The notes beneath the pieces were generated by a model, which had not been told where the DNA came from, ran no database searches, and saw nothing but the letters and a program-made list of their open reading frames with translations. A program made the translations under genes and the position numbers. Shown here piece after piece: positions 55,727 to 64,000 of a DNA stretch of 64,000 bases. Every line of letters begins with the position of its first letter. Positions within the stretch are counted from its first letter, which is position 1. The stretch is taken from contig CBDUZE010000002.1 of the NCBI GenBank assembly GCA_965371625.1, positions 92,960-156,959 on the forward strand, written 5' to 3'. This DNA is from an uncultured Alphaproteobacteria bacterium (GTDB lineage: Bacteria; Pseudomonadota; Alphaproteobacteria; CBDUZE01).

Positions 55727-56797
55727 GTGTCGACATCCTCGCCACCGTTTCGGGAACCGGATCTCTCGAGCTTGCCGACGTTGTGCCCAGAAGCGTTGGA
55801 GCGGCTGGTCTACCTCGTCGGTCCGGCGCGCGGGGGCACCTCGATCATCAACGAGGCGATCGGCATCCACCCTGAGGTTCTAGGGCTGCCGAACATGAGC
55901 CATTTCGTGAACAACGTCTGGAACCACCGCGCCAAGGTGAGCGCCAAATTGTTCCGGACCATCTTTCGGTTTCCGCGGTACTTCGAGCTGCCGGAGCTCC
56001 TCGAGACGCTGTCGGCGGAGCAGGCGGAAATGCTGGCCCGACACGTGGTGCGGACCGTCAACGCCCGGCACAAGGACTTCCGCCGGCTTTACCAGCTCTA
56101 TCCGCTGCTCTATGCAATGACGGCGGCGAACCGGAAGGATCCGGCGCGCATCGTCTGCTGGCACGACAAGAGCAACGACTGGCGCAATATTCGGCCGGTG
56201 GCCCGGTATCTTCCCGAAGCGCGCTTCGTCTTCGTGACCCGCGACCCGCGCGGATCGACCGCCTCGTATGCCGATCGCATGACGAAGAAGACGGTTCGCG
56301 ACGTTACGGCCGGTAGGAACGTCCACGACGTGATCGACGGGGCCGTGTACTGGCGGATCATGATGGAGCAATTCCGGAGCTTCGCCCGAAGGCGGCCGGG
56401 CCGCTCCCTCTTGGTGCGTTTCGAGGACTTCATGCAGAAGCCCGAGTCGACCTTGAACCGTATCTTCGAGTTCGCTCTCGGCAGCCCGTTGCCGGACGAG
56501 GTCGTGCGCCAAGGCCTGGCGCGCCTCGGCGGCGGCGCCACCAACGACCCCAACGAGCTCTACCGCGGCATCAGCAGCGCACCGCTCGAGCGCTGGAAAG
56601 ACCACTTGAGCGAGGACGAGGTCGCCCTGATCGCGGCCATCGCCGGCGACACTGCGCGCAAGCTCGGTTACCCGATCGAGCCGGCGGCGTCGGCGACCAC
56701 CATCCTGCGGGTGGCCCGGCGGTTGAGCGGCGTGCGGCGCAAGACGATGTTCGGCGCCAAGATGCTCTACGCCAATGCCGTGCCCTTCATCGCTTGA
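55727..56797 (+). CDS. Sulfotransferase-family protein
   Basis: GPARGGTS PAPS-binding 5'-PSB-like loop and the overall sulfotransferase pattern (RDPR...). Confidence 0.6.
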   Translation: MSTSSPPFREPDLSSLPTLCPEALERLVYLVGPARGGTSIINEAIGIHPEVLGLPNMSHFVNNVWNHRAKVSAKLFRTIFRFPRYFELPELLETLSAEQAEMLARHVVRTVNARHKDFRRLYQLYPLLYAMTAANRKDPARIVCWHDKSNDWRNIRPVARYLPEARFVFVTRDPRGSTASYADRMTKKTVRDVTAGRNVHDVIDGAVYWRIMMEQFRSFARRRPGRSLLVRFEDFMQKPESTLNRIFEFALGSPLPDEVVRQGLARLGGGATNDPNELYRGISSAPLERWKDHLSEDEVALIAAIAGDTARKLGYPIEPAASATTILRVARRLSGVRRKTMFGAKMLYANAVPFIA

Positions 56798-56856
56798 ACG
56801 TCGACCAGCCTCGCCGCTCACCCGGCGCCTGGAACAATGAGGTTTGAAGCGGCCCG

Positions 56857-57756
56857 ATGACCGCGCTGCCCTGCATTCACATCGGTTATCCCAAAGCGGC
56901 CAGCAAGACGCTGCAAAACGGGCTCTTCGAGCCCCACTCGCAGATCGAGTGCGTCGGCAAGCCCTTCAAGAGCGAGAAAATCGAGCACTGGCTGGCCTCG
57001 ATCCACGCTCAGGACACGATCGAGTTCGATCCCGAGGCGTGCCGACAAGGGTACGAGGCCATCATTGCGCCGCTCATGTCCGGCACCAAGCCCCTGGTCG
57101 TCACGTTCGAGCTCTTCACATTGCCCAATCACGCCGACCGCGGTGTCGTCGCCCAGAGGCTCCGCGATCTCTTTGGCGAGGCCAAGATCATCGTCAACAT
57201 CCGCAGTCAGCCGGACTACTTGCAGTCGATGTACAGGTTCCAGTGGGGCCGGGCCAAGCATTCCTACTCGTTCCAGGAATACCTTGACGAGTACTGGGAC
57301 AACCGCGCCAACGGTTTCGTCTTCCACCTCGACTACTACAAGCTGATCAACGTCTACGCACGTCTCTTCGGGCGGCGGAACATCGGCGTCTTCCTGTTCG
57401 AGGAGTTGGCCCGCGATGCGGAGGGCTACGCCCGGAGGATGTGCGACTTCATCGGCGTCGACGCCGAGGAGGGCGTCCGGCACCTCGCCGGCAGGCACGA
57501 CAACCGGGGCCCGAGCGCGGCGCTCTCGGCCTACACCCGCATTCGCAAGTTGGTGCTGCCACAGGTACGCGTAAGACGGTTCGTGCCCGCGAACATCGCC
57601 GACGGCTTCAAGGAGCTTCTCAACAGGGGCCCCCGAGCGAACGTGAGAGCCTCGGCGGCTCAGCTCGAAGCGGTGGGGGCCCGTTTTCGCGACAGCAACC
57701 AGCGTCTGGCCCGCGAGTACGCCTTGCCACTCGAGGACTACGGATATCCCCTGTGA
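56857..57756 (+). CDS. Sulfotransferase-family protein
   Basis: IHIGYPKAASKTLQ 5'-PSB-like motif and a 3'-PB-like RSQPDY region. Confidence 0.55.
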   Translation: MTALPCIHIGYPKAASKTLQNGLFEPHSQIECVGKPFKSEKIEHWLASIHAQDTIEFDPEACRQGYEAIIAPLMSGTKPLVVTFELFTLPNHADRGVVAQRLRDLFGEAKIIVNIRSQPDYLQSMYRFQWGRAKHSYSFQEYLDEYWDNRANGFVFHLDYYKLINVYARLFGRRNIGVFLFEELARDAEGYARRMCDFIGVDAEEGVRHLAGRHDNRGPSAALSAYTRIRKLVLPQVRVRRFVPANIADGFKELLNRGPRANVRASAAQLEAVGARFRDSNQRLAREYALPLEDYGYPL

Positions 57757-57890
57757 GGCGCGGTCGGAGCCCTGCCGCCCAATCCCGCCGGCACCCCCCG
57801 GCGGCGGCGCGCCTGCCTGTTCGCGGAGACGGCCGATGCCGCCACGCAGCGCTCACCGGGTGTCTGATGCATCGCGGCTAATTCGCCACC

Positions 57891-59402
57891 ATGCTTTTCA
57901 ACTCGTTCGAGTTTATCCTGGTGTTCCTGCCGATCGTGCTGATCGGCGCGTACCTTCTGCTGCGCTCCGGCAGGGTGTCTACCACCATGGGCTGGGTGGT
58001 GGTGTGCTCGCTCGCCTTCTATGCCTATTGGAACCCGGCCCATATCTGGGTGATTACCTCGTCGCTGCTGATCAACTTCGGCCTGGGCAGCAGCATCTCG
58101 CGCCACTGGGAGCGGGCGGGCACGAAGCGATTGCTGCTGTTCGTTGGCGTCGCCTTCAACCTGCTGCTGTTGGGCTATTTCAAGTACCTCGGCTTCTTCG
58201 AGAACGTCTTCACGGTCCAGGAGGCCACCGATTTCACCAGCTTCATCGTCAGCCGGGCCCTGCCCATCGGCATATCCTTTTATACCTTCCAGCAGATCGC
58301 CTTCCTGGTCGACTGCTACCGCGGCTACCGCTGGACCTACAACCTCGTCGAATATGCCTTCTTCGTCACCTTCTTCCCGCAACTGATCGCCGGCCCGATC
58401 GTCCACCACGCCGAGGTCATTCCGCAGGCCAGGCGCATTGCCGAGCGGGTGCTGGGTTCGAACTATGCGGTGCGCTACTTGGCCCCGGGTCTCATCGCGT
58501 TCACGCTCGGTCTCGGGAAGAAGGTCGTGCTGGCGGACACCTTCGGCGGCTTCGCCGACAAGGCCTTCGGGGCCGCGCTCGCGGGACCGGTGAGCTTCCT
58601 CGAGGCCTGGGGTGGGGCCAGCGCCTATGCGTTTCAGATTTACTTCGACTTCTCCGGCTACTCCGACATGGCGATCGGTCTCGGCCTCTTTTTCGGAATT
58701 CGGCTTCCGGCCAATTTCTTGTCACCTTACAAAGGGAGATCCATCATCGATTTTTGGCGTCGCTGGCACATCACGCTGTCGCGCTTTCTGCGCCACTACC
58801 TCTACATCCCACTGGGCGGGAATCGTAAGGGCCCGGCTCGGCGCTACGTCAACCTGCTGGCGACGATGATACTCGGTGGATTCTGGCACGGCGCCAACTG
58901 GACCTTCATCCTCTGGGGGATGATCCACGGCGTCCTGCTCGCCCTGAACCACGGGCTGCGCAAGTTCTGGTCGTGGCGTCCTCCGGTGGCGCTGGGAATA
59001 GCCGCCACCTTCATCTTGGTGGTCTTCGCCTGGGTGCCGTTCCGGGCCGACAACCTGGAGGTGACCTGGAACTTCTACACGGCCATGGTGGGCACGCACG
59101 GCATCGCGGTGCCTGGACGCTACGAGGCCGTGATCACCCTGCTGGGGCCGCTTGCCAGGTGGCTCAACGTCCATACCGGCGTGGTCGCGAATCTGGGCGG
59201 CCTGCAACAGGTCGCCTGGACCGCGGTCGGGGCGATCATCGTGTTCGTTTTGCCCAACACCATGTGGCTCATGGATCGCCGGCGCTGGCGCTGGCTGCTC
59301 ACGAGCCGGTCGGTGCCGGCGTGGGGCGGCTTCGTCCTGGCGTTGTCTCTGGCGATCATGTTCTTCGGCCGGAACACGACCTTCCTCTATTTCCAGTTCT
59401 AG
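57891..59402 (+). CDS. MBOAT-family membrane-bound O-acyltransferase (AlgI/DltB-like)
   Basis: Polytopic. Conserved FWRRWHITLSRFLRHYLYIPLGG histidine motif. Confidence 0.85.
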   Translation: MLFNSFEFILVFLPIVLIGAYLLLRSGRVSTTMGWVVVCSLAFYAYWNPAHIWVITSSLLINFGLGSSISRHWERAGTKRLLLFVGVAFNLLLLGYFKYLGFFENVFTVQEATDFTSFIVSRALPIGISFYTFQQIAFLVDCYRGYRWTYNLVEYAFFVTFFPQLIAGPIVHHAEVIPQARRIAERVLGSNYAVRYLAPGLIAFTLGLGKKVVLADTFGGFADKAFGAALAGPVSFLEAWGGASAYAFQIYFDFSGYSDMAIGLGLFFGIRLPANFLSPYKGRSIIDFWRRWHITLSRFLRHYLYIPLGGNRKGPARRYVNLLATMILGGFWHGANWTFILWGMIHGVLLALNHGLRKFWSWRPPVALGIAATFILVVFAWVPFRADNLEVTWNFYTAMVGTHGIAVPGRYEAVITLLGPLARWLNVHTGVVANLGGLQQVAWTAVGAIIVFVLPNTMWLMDRRRWRWLLTSRSVPAWGGFVLALSLAIMFFGRNTTFLYFQF

Positions 59403-60602
59403 GTGCCTGCGGTGGTGGCCAAACAGGGACGAAAGGGAGCTTTCCTCGCCAGGTACCTAGCTTCCTTCGTCGTGTCGGGCCTGCTCTTCGTCGCTATCCT
59501 GGTAGTCTTTCTCGCCGCCACGAACGAGCTGTTCGTGTTCAGCCGAGACAACATAGAGACCGACGAGGACCTGTTGTGGGGAGCGGCATTCGGCCAGTCG
59601 CATGACGCCTACAAGCTTGCCAGGGCGCGCTACACGAAGCCGGACCTGTTGATCGTGGGGTCATCGCGCGTGACTCAGTTTCGCGATGTTATGGCCCCCG
59701 GCGCGCGTTTCTACAATGCCGGCCAGGTGAGCGACGCCTTCACCTCGACATTCCGTTTTCTGACCAACCTGTATCAATATCACAAACCTAAAGTGGTTAT
59801 CCTCGGCATAGATCCCTGGTGGTTCGATCCCGGCAGGCAGGACGATTGCGTTGTCGATAGAAGCGTGTGCTTCCGCCAAATCGATTTCGACTACCGAGGC
59901 CTAGTCACGGCAGCGGTGGCGGAGGGTTTCAAGCCAAGAATCCTCCTCGCCACCCTGCGCGGCAAGGTGCGGTTCGAGGAGGACTTTCTCGGCCACAGGC
60001 GTCCCGTCGGGCTGCGCGCCGCCACCACGGGGCAGGGCTTCCGACCCGACGGCAGCGACCAGTTCGCTGCCGTCGTGCTCAATGAATCGTTCTACAGACG
60101 GTGGGACGGTTACGGATATGATGACGGCTTCCGGTTCCACCGCCGTTTGATCGAGAACCACAAGGGTCGCTTCTCCTACACCGGACCTTTGTCGCAACCG
60201 GTCAAAGAGCTGTTCCGTGATATTCTGAGATTCAATCGTCAGAACGATGTAAATACCGTCATCTTCCTACCACCTATCTCTAAGTTGATATACGAAGTAA
60301 TAAACCGCAGCCCCGAACATCGAAAATACATCGCAAGATTTGAAAGAACAGTAGATTTTATTTGTCGGAGCGAGGGTATACCTTTTTTCAATTTCCAAGA
60401 TATTATGACTCTCGAACTTACGGACGAACACTTTTACGACGGTGTCCACGGAGACGAGGTTGTTTATCTAGAAATAATGCGGAAACTTACCGCTAACGTA
60501 CCGGAGCTACAAAGCCTCATCGATGTCGACCAGCTCGAAAGAACCGCAGTTCAAATGCGTTCCGAGAAGAGCCGTTACAATTTCTACACACTCCTCCGTT
60601 GA
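59403..60602 (+). CDS. AlgJ/AlgX/DltD-like accessory protein for MBOAT-dependent O-acylation (N-terminal TM anchor)
   Basis: Translationally coupled to the MBOAT gene. A single N-terminal TM. Assignment rests mainly on gene context. Confidence 0.4.
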   Translation: MPAVVAKQGRKGAFLARYLASFVVSGLLFVAILVVFLAATNELFVFSRDNIETDEDLLWGAAFGQSHDAYKLARARYTKPDLLIVGSSRVTQFRDVMAPGARFYNAGQVSDAFTSTFRFLTNLYQYHKPKVVILGIDPWWFDPGRQDDCVVDRSVCFRQIDFDYRGLVTAAVAEGFKPRILLATLRGKVRFEEDFLGHRRPVGLRAATTGQGFRPDGSDQFAAVVLNESFYRRWDGYGYDDGFRFHRRLIENHKGRFSYTGPLSQPVKELFRDILRFNRQNDVNTVIFLPPISKLIYEVINRSPEHRKYIARFERTVDFICRSEGIPFFNFQDIMTLELTDEHFYDGVHGDEVVYLEIMRKLTANVPELQSLIDVDQLERTAVQMRSEKSRYNFYTLLR

Positions 60603-61123
60603 GGATCGGCCGTCCGGCCGGCGAATCAACTGCCTGACCCGAACTCAGGGCCCCGAGCGAAGCCATGACCCACGTGGGAAGTTTTCCTGGATCGAGATCC
60701 GTCACCGTTATCTCTGGGCCGTTTGAACACAAGCGGACGTGGATAACGGCGGCGATCCGATCGCTCATAACTTGCGCTGCCGTGGCGGTAACCTGAGGGC
60801 GGATATGGCTCGTGCTGGATCGCAATTCGGCAACCCGGACCGTGCGGTCAGTCGCCATCCGGTCGCCAGCTCAAATGCGAAAACAGCGACAGTATCGTGA
60901 TCCCGGGTTGGTATCGCCGCCGCTCTTGCGGTTCCTACGTTTCCTTCGTTGTGGAGCTAAGCCCACGACCATCGAAATCTCTGTGGCGGCCGAGAACTTC
61001 TTGCCGCCATTATGGCCCGTCGTCGACGCTAGATCATCTCGCCCCCTCGGCTCCGGTCGAACCTGACAGGCCGCCATGCGAATACGACATGCGATCGCTC
61101 CTGCCAAGTAAAGCTGTACCCAA

Positions 61124-62092
61124 ATGAACGGCGAAACTTCAGTTTCCGGTAAGTTGAAGTTCATCCGTAGCCGCGACATAATCTATCGTTATGTTCTGCC
61201 ACGCCTTCCCGAGAGCTTCACTGGGTTCGCACGGAATAACCGCGCTTTACGGCAGGTCTTCTATACATTCCTCAAAATCACTCGGGCAAAAGACATAGAC
61301 CGTTCGATAAATCTAGGGACAATACCAAAATCTGGAACGAATTATTTCTTACAGTTTCTTGGGAACTACTTGCTTGTATTATACGAAAATCGAGACCACC
61401 CACTGCTCAATCGGGAGATTCAGAGGATATTCACGAACAATCGGCCTTCAATCATTCGAGGGCATAGAAAATACAAGAAATCTCATCCTGTGTTTTCAAA
61501 GACACCCTACGCAGATCTCTATTATGGTCACGATATAGTGTTCCTAGAGTATGTAAAAGGAAAGACAATAATATTATACAGAAATCCGCTAGATTATTTG
61601 GTTTCTTGGTATTATTACAGATATAAGAAGCGAGGAAGTGACACGACGCTGGAAGAGTGCGTTCGTGATTGGCTTCCACGGTGGATTGATAGGTATTTGA
61701 AGATTAGAGAATTACAGCATAGGCCAAACGTTCTCGTCGTCGCCTACGAGGATCTGGTATCCCAACCTGAACAGGTGTTCTCTGGGATATTGGAATGGTT
61801 AAACATTCCAGTTCGCCGCGATGCAATGAGAAGAGCTCTTGAGTTCGCGAGCATGGATACACTAAGAAGGGAGGAGGTCGAACACGGTCCAATCCAGGGT
61901 CTAGAAAGGTTTGAAGGATCGTTCATTCGATCGGGAAAGATTGGCGACTGGAAGAAAGAGATCGATTCCACGCTCGTGGCGTTGATATCAGAAGAGCTAC
62001 GGAGTCACGGCATTGAGCTCTCCGAATTCATTCTCACGTCGCCGCCCGCCGCCGAGGCTCAGCAGAAGTCGACTCGCGGGAATAACGGATAA
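61124..62092 (+). CDS. Sulfotransferase-family protein (low-GC, likely horizontally acquired)
   Basis: TIPKSGTNYF is the canonical 5'-PSB motif. Codon usage is AT-rich, unlike the neighbouring genes. Confidence 0.65.
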   Translation: MNGETSVSGKLKFIRSRDIIYRYVLPRLPESFTGFARNNRALRQVFYTFLKITRAKDIDRSINLGTIPKSGTNYFLQFLGNYLLVLYENRDHPLLNREIQRIFTNNRPSIIRGHRKYKKSHPVFSKTPYADLYYGHDIVFLEYVKGKTIILYRNPLDYLVSWYYYRYKKRGSDTTLEECVRDWLPRWIDRYLKIRELQHRPNVLVVAYEDLVSQPEQVFSGILEWLNIPVRRDAMRRALEFASMDTLRREEVEHGPIQGLERFEGSFIRSGKIGDWKKEIDSTLVALISEELRSHGIELSEFILTSPPAAEAQQKSTRGNNG

Positions 62093-62136
62093 CAGCGCGC
62101 TTCGGCTGTCATCGGAAAGATGCTTAGGGATTAGCG

Positions 62137-63264
62137 GTGGTGGGTTACAAGGACTGGCTCCGGCACATTGCCTTCGAACGCCAAGCAGACCTGCCCGCAC
62201 CATACCGGCAGGCGGTCTTCGACGAGGGATTGAGAGCGCACGACGAGGTCGTGCGGGCGCGTGGCCTCGAGATTCGGAAAGTCTTGGTTATCGGCGGCGC
62301 GGGCTACATCGGCACGGAGTTGACGAGTCACCTCTTGGACCACGGCTATCTGGTGCGCGCCACGGATGCCTTGCTGTATGACAACCACGTCTGCGTCCTG
62401 CCGTTTCTACGCCGCGCTAGCTACGACTTCATGTACGGTGACCTCGTCGATACCGAATTCAACGCCAAGACTTTAGAGGGAGTCACCGATGTCGTGATTC
62501 TGGCTGGATTGGTCGGCGACCCGATCACCAGGCGATATCCTGAAGCATCCGAAAAAATTAACGCGGAGGGAATAAGGCGTCTGATAGATCAGCTCGATGG
62601 CTGTGGACTCAATAAGGTAATATTCGTTTCTACTTGCTCGAACTACGGGTTCATGTCAAACGATGAGATCGCCGATGAAGACGCCAATCTGAAACCGTTA
62701 TCGCTTTACGCAGAAGCGAAAGTCAAAGCGGAACGACATCTTTTGTCTCTCAAAGGTAAAGTCGACTATCACCCGATCGTTTTGCGGTTCGCGACCGCCT
62801 TTGGACTGTCGCCACGGATGCGCTTCGATCTTACGATCAATGAATTTACCCGGGAAATTTATTATGGAAACGAGCTCTTGGTGTATGACGCGGAGACCTG
62901 GCGACCGTACTGTCATGTAAACGATTTTGCCCTGGTTATCCGGCGCGCCTTGGAGGCGCCTATCGAGCGGGTCAGCTTTGAGATATTCAATGCGGGAGGA
63001 GAGGCAAACAACCTCACAAAGAGAATGGTTGTGGAAACGATCCTGGGTTTTCTGCCAGGTGCGAGTGTACGATATCAAGCGCACGGTGGAGATCCTCGGA
63101 ATTACCGAGTGAATTTCTCGAAGATCAGGAAAATTCTTTACTTCGAGACGACTTACAAGGTGGAAGACGGCGTTCGGGAGCTCATTACCGCGTTGGAACA
63201 GAATTTGTTCCGGCGGGTCGATGAGAACCGCCGCTTCTACGGTAACTACGAGATTGAGTACTGA
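62137..63264 (+). CDS. NAD-dependent epimerase/dehydratase (SDR family); start uncertain (possible GTG at 62251)
   Basis: VLVIGGAGYIGTEL glycine motif and YAEAK (Y-x3-K). Confidence 0.7.
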   Translation: MVGYKDWLRHIAFERQADLPAPYRQAVFDEGLRAHDEVVRARGLEIRKVLVIGGAGYIGTELTSHLLDHGYLVRATDALLYDNHVCVLPFLRRASYDFMYGDLVDTEFNAKTLEGVTDVVILAGLVGDPITRRYPEASEKINAEGIRRLIDQLDGCGLNKVIFVSTCSNYGFMSNDEIADEDANLKPLSLYAEAKVKAERHLLSLKGKVDYHPIVLRFATAFGLSPRMRFDLTINEFTREIYYGNELLVYDAETWRPYCHVNDFALVIRRALEAPIERVSFEIFNAGGEANNLTKRMVVETILGFLPGASVRYQAHGGDPRNYRVNFSKIRKILYFETTYKVEDGVRELITALEQNLFRRVDENRRFYGNYEIEY

Positions 63265-63280
63265 GCGAGAGGCTTGGCGC

Positions 63281-64000
63281 GTGCCAAATGACGCAGTACC
63301 GCCCGCAGGCACCCGGCGACCGTCCTCGCTGTTTCGTCCCGAATCCGTGATCGAAGCTTTGACCGCGATTCTGCCCCGCCCGGCCGCCTTGCACGAGCCG
63401 GAGTTGGCCGGCAACGAGTGGGCCTATGTCAAGGAATGCCTGGATTCGGGCTGGGTGTCGTCGGCGGGGGAGTTCGTCGATCGCTTCGAGGCCGAGCTGG
63501 CCGAGTTCACCGGCGCCGGCCACGCGGTCGCGACCGTGAACGGCACCGCCGCCCTGCACGTCTGTCTCAAGCTGGCGGGGGTCGAGCCGGGAGACGAGGT
63601 CCTGGTTCCCGCGCTCACCTTCGTCGCCACCGCCAACGCGGTGGCGTATTGCCATGCGCTGGCGCATTTCGTCGACAGCGAGGCCCGCACCCTCGGCGTG
63701 GACCCGGCCAAGCTCGACGACTATCTCGGACAGATCGCCGGCTCGGCGGGGTCGGGCTGCGTCAACCGCGCCAGCGGCCGGCGTATCGGGGCGATGGTCT
63801 GCATGCACACCTATGGCCACCCGGTGGATCTCGACCCGCTGGTGGAGGTTTGCCGACGTTTCGGCCTGGTCCTGATCGAGGATGCCGCCGAGTCGCTGGG
63901 CTCCTATTACAAGGGCGCCCACACCGGCAACCATGGGCTGTTGTCGGCGCTCAGCTTCAACGGCAACAAGGTGATCACGACCGGCGGCGGCGGTGCCATC
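63281..64000 (+). CDS. DegT/WecE-type sugar aminotransferase, 5' part (continues past the window end)
   Basis: ...EPELAGNEWAYVKECLDSGWVSSAGEFVDRFE...NGTAALH...LIEDAAESLGS in a frame open to 64000. GTG with GAGAGG upstream. Not in the ORF track because there is no stop in the window. Confidence 0.7.
   Translation, partial: MPNDAVPPAGTRRPSSLFRPESVIEALTAILPRPAALHEPELAGNEWAYVKECLDSGWVSSAGEFVDRFEAELAEFTGAGHAVATVNGTAALHVCLKLAGVEPGDEVLVPALTFVATANAVAYCHALAHFVDSEARTLGVDPAKLDDYLGQIAGSAGSGCVNRASGRRIGAMVCMHTYGHPVDLDPLVEVCRRFGLVLIEDAAESLGSYYKGAHTGNHGLLSALSFNGNKVITTGGGGAI

Noticed and set aside
62137-62250. N-terminal 38-aa extension of the SDR epimerase
   Set aside because: Not typical for the family and the first codon is GTG. 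It is kept in the coordinates only because no clearly better start with an RBS was found. The true start may be the GTG at 62251.

Overview
This is a high-GC bacterial window. The DUF2336 genes and the RIME/REP-like hairpin elements suggest an alphaproteobacterium, but that is inference only. The long antisense ORFs in the six-frame track are typical high-GC artefacts and were not called.

Layout:
(a) 1–2.8 kb: the 3' part of a type II secretion secretin gene, followed by a gspK-like gene.
(b) 2.9–6.8 kb: a conspicuously lower-GC islet. It encodes a secreted six-bladed YWTD beta-propeller protein, a right-handed beta-helix protein, a fragment paralog of the latter, a duplicated ~210-bp leader element, and an apparently orphan RelE/ParE-like toxin.
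(c) 7–16.7 kb: housekeeping genes. These are a PAS-LuxR regulator, a CDF transporter, a HIBADH-family dehydrogenase, a TcuA-like flavoprotein, Pcm, and a spermidine-synthase-like membrane protein.
(d) ~16.8–51.1 kb: a region bracketed by two inverted copies of a ~150-bp hairpin-rich repeat. It holds a thermonuclease, an amidohydrolase, an MlaC-like protein, a tandem 1.58-kb duplication of a DUF2336 gene with a TIR-like (DUF1863-type) gene behind it, a cyclase, tRNA-Gln(TTG), and a large mosaic-GC surface-glycan locus. The glycan locus comprises:
- a WecA-like initiating transferase
- a carbamoyltransferase with SxtJ/SxtK-like small partners
- PhoD and GmhA
- a NeuB-like nonulosonate synthase
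- AsnB, HisH and HisF paralogs and a WbpG-like amidotransferase
- two DegT aminotransferases, two CMP-sugar cytidylyltransferase-like genes, methyltransferases, GNATs and oxidoreductases
- a KpsS/KpsC-like capsule protein
(e) 51–64 kb: the glycan theme continues with an amidase, a second WbpG-like amidotransferase, an MsbA-like ABC exporter, three sulfotransferases, an MBOAT O-acyltransferase with an AlgJ/DltD-like partner, an epimerase, and a third, partial DegT.

No CRISPR array, integrase or transposase was recognised. Coordinates derive from the supplied ORF track with starts adjusted by whole codons; small (±1–3 nt) errors are possible.
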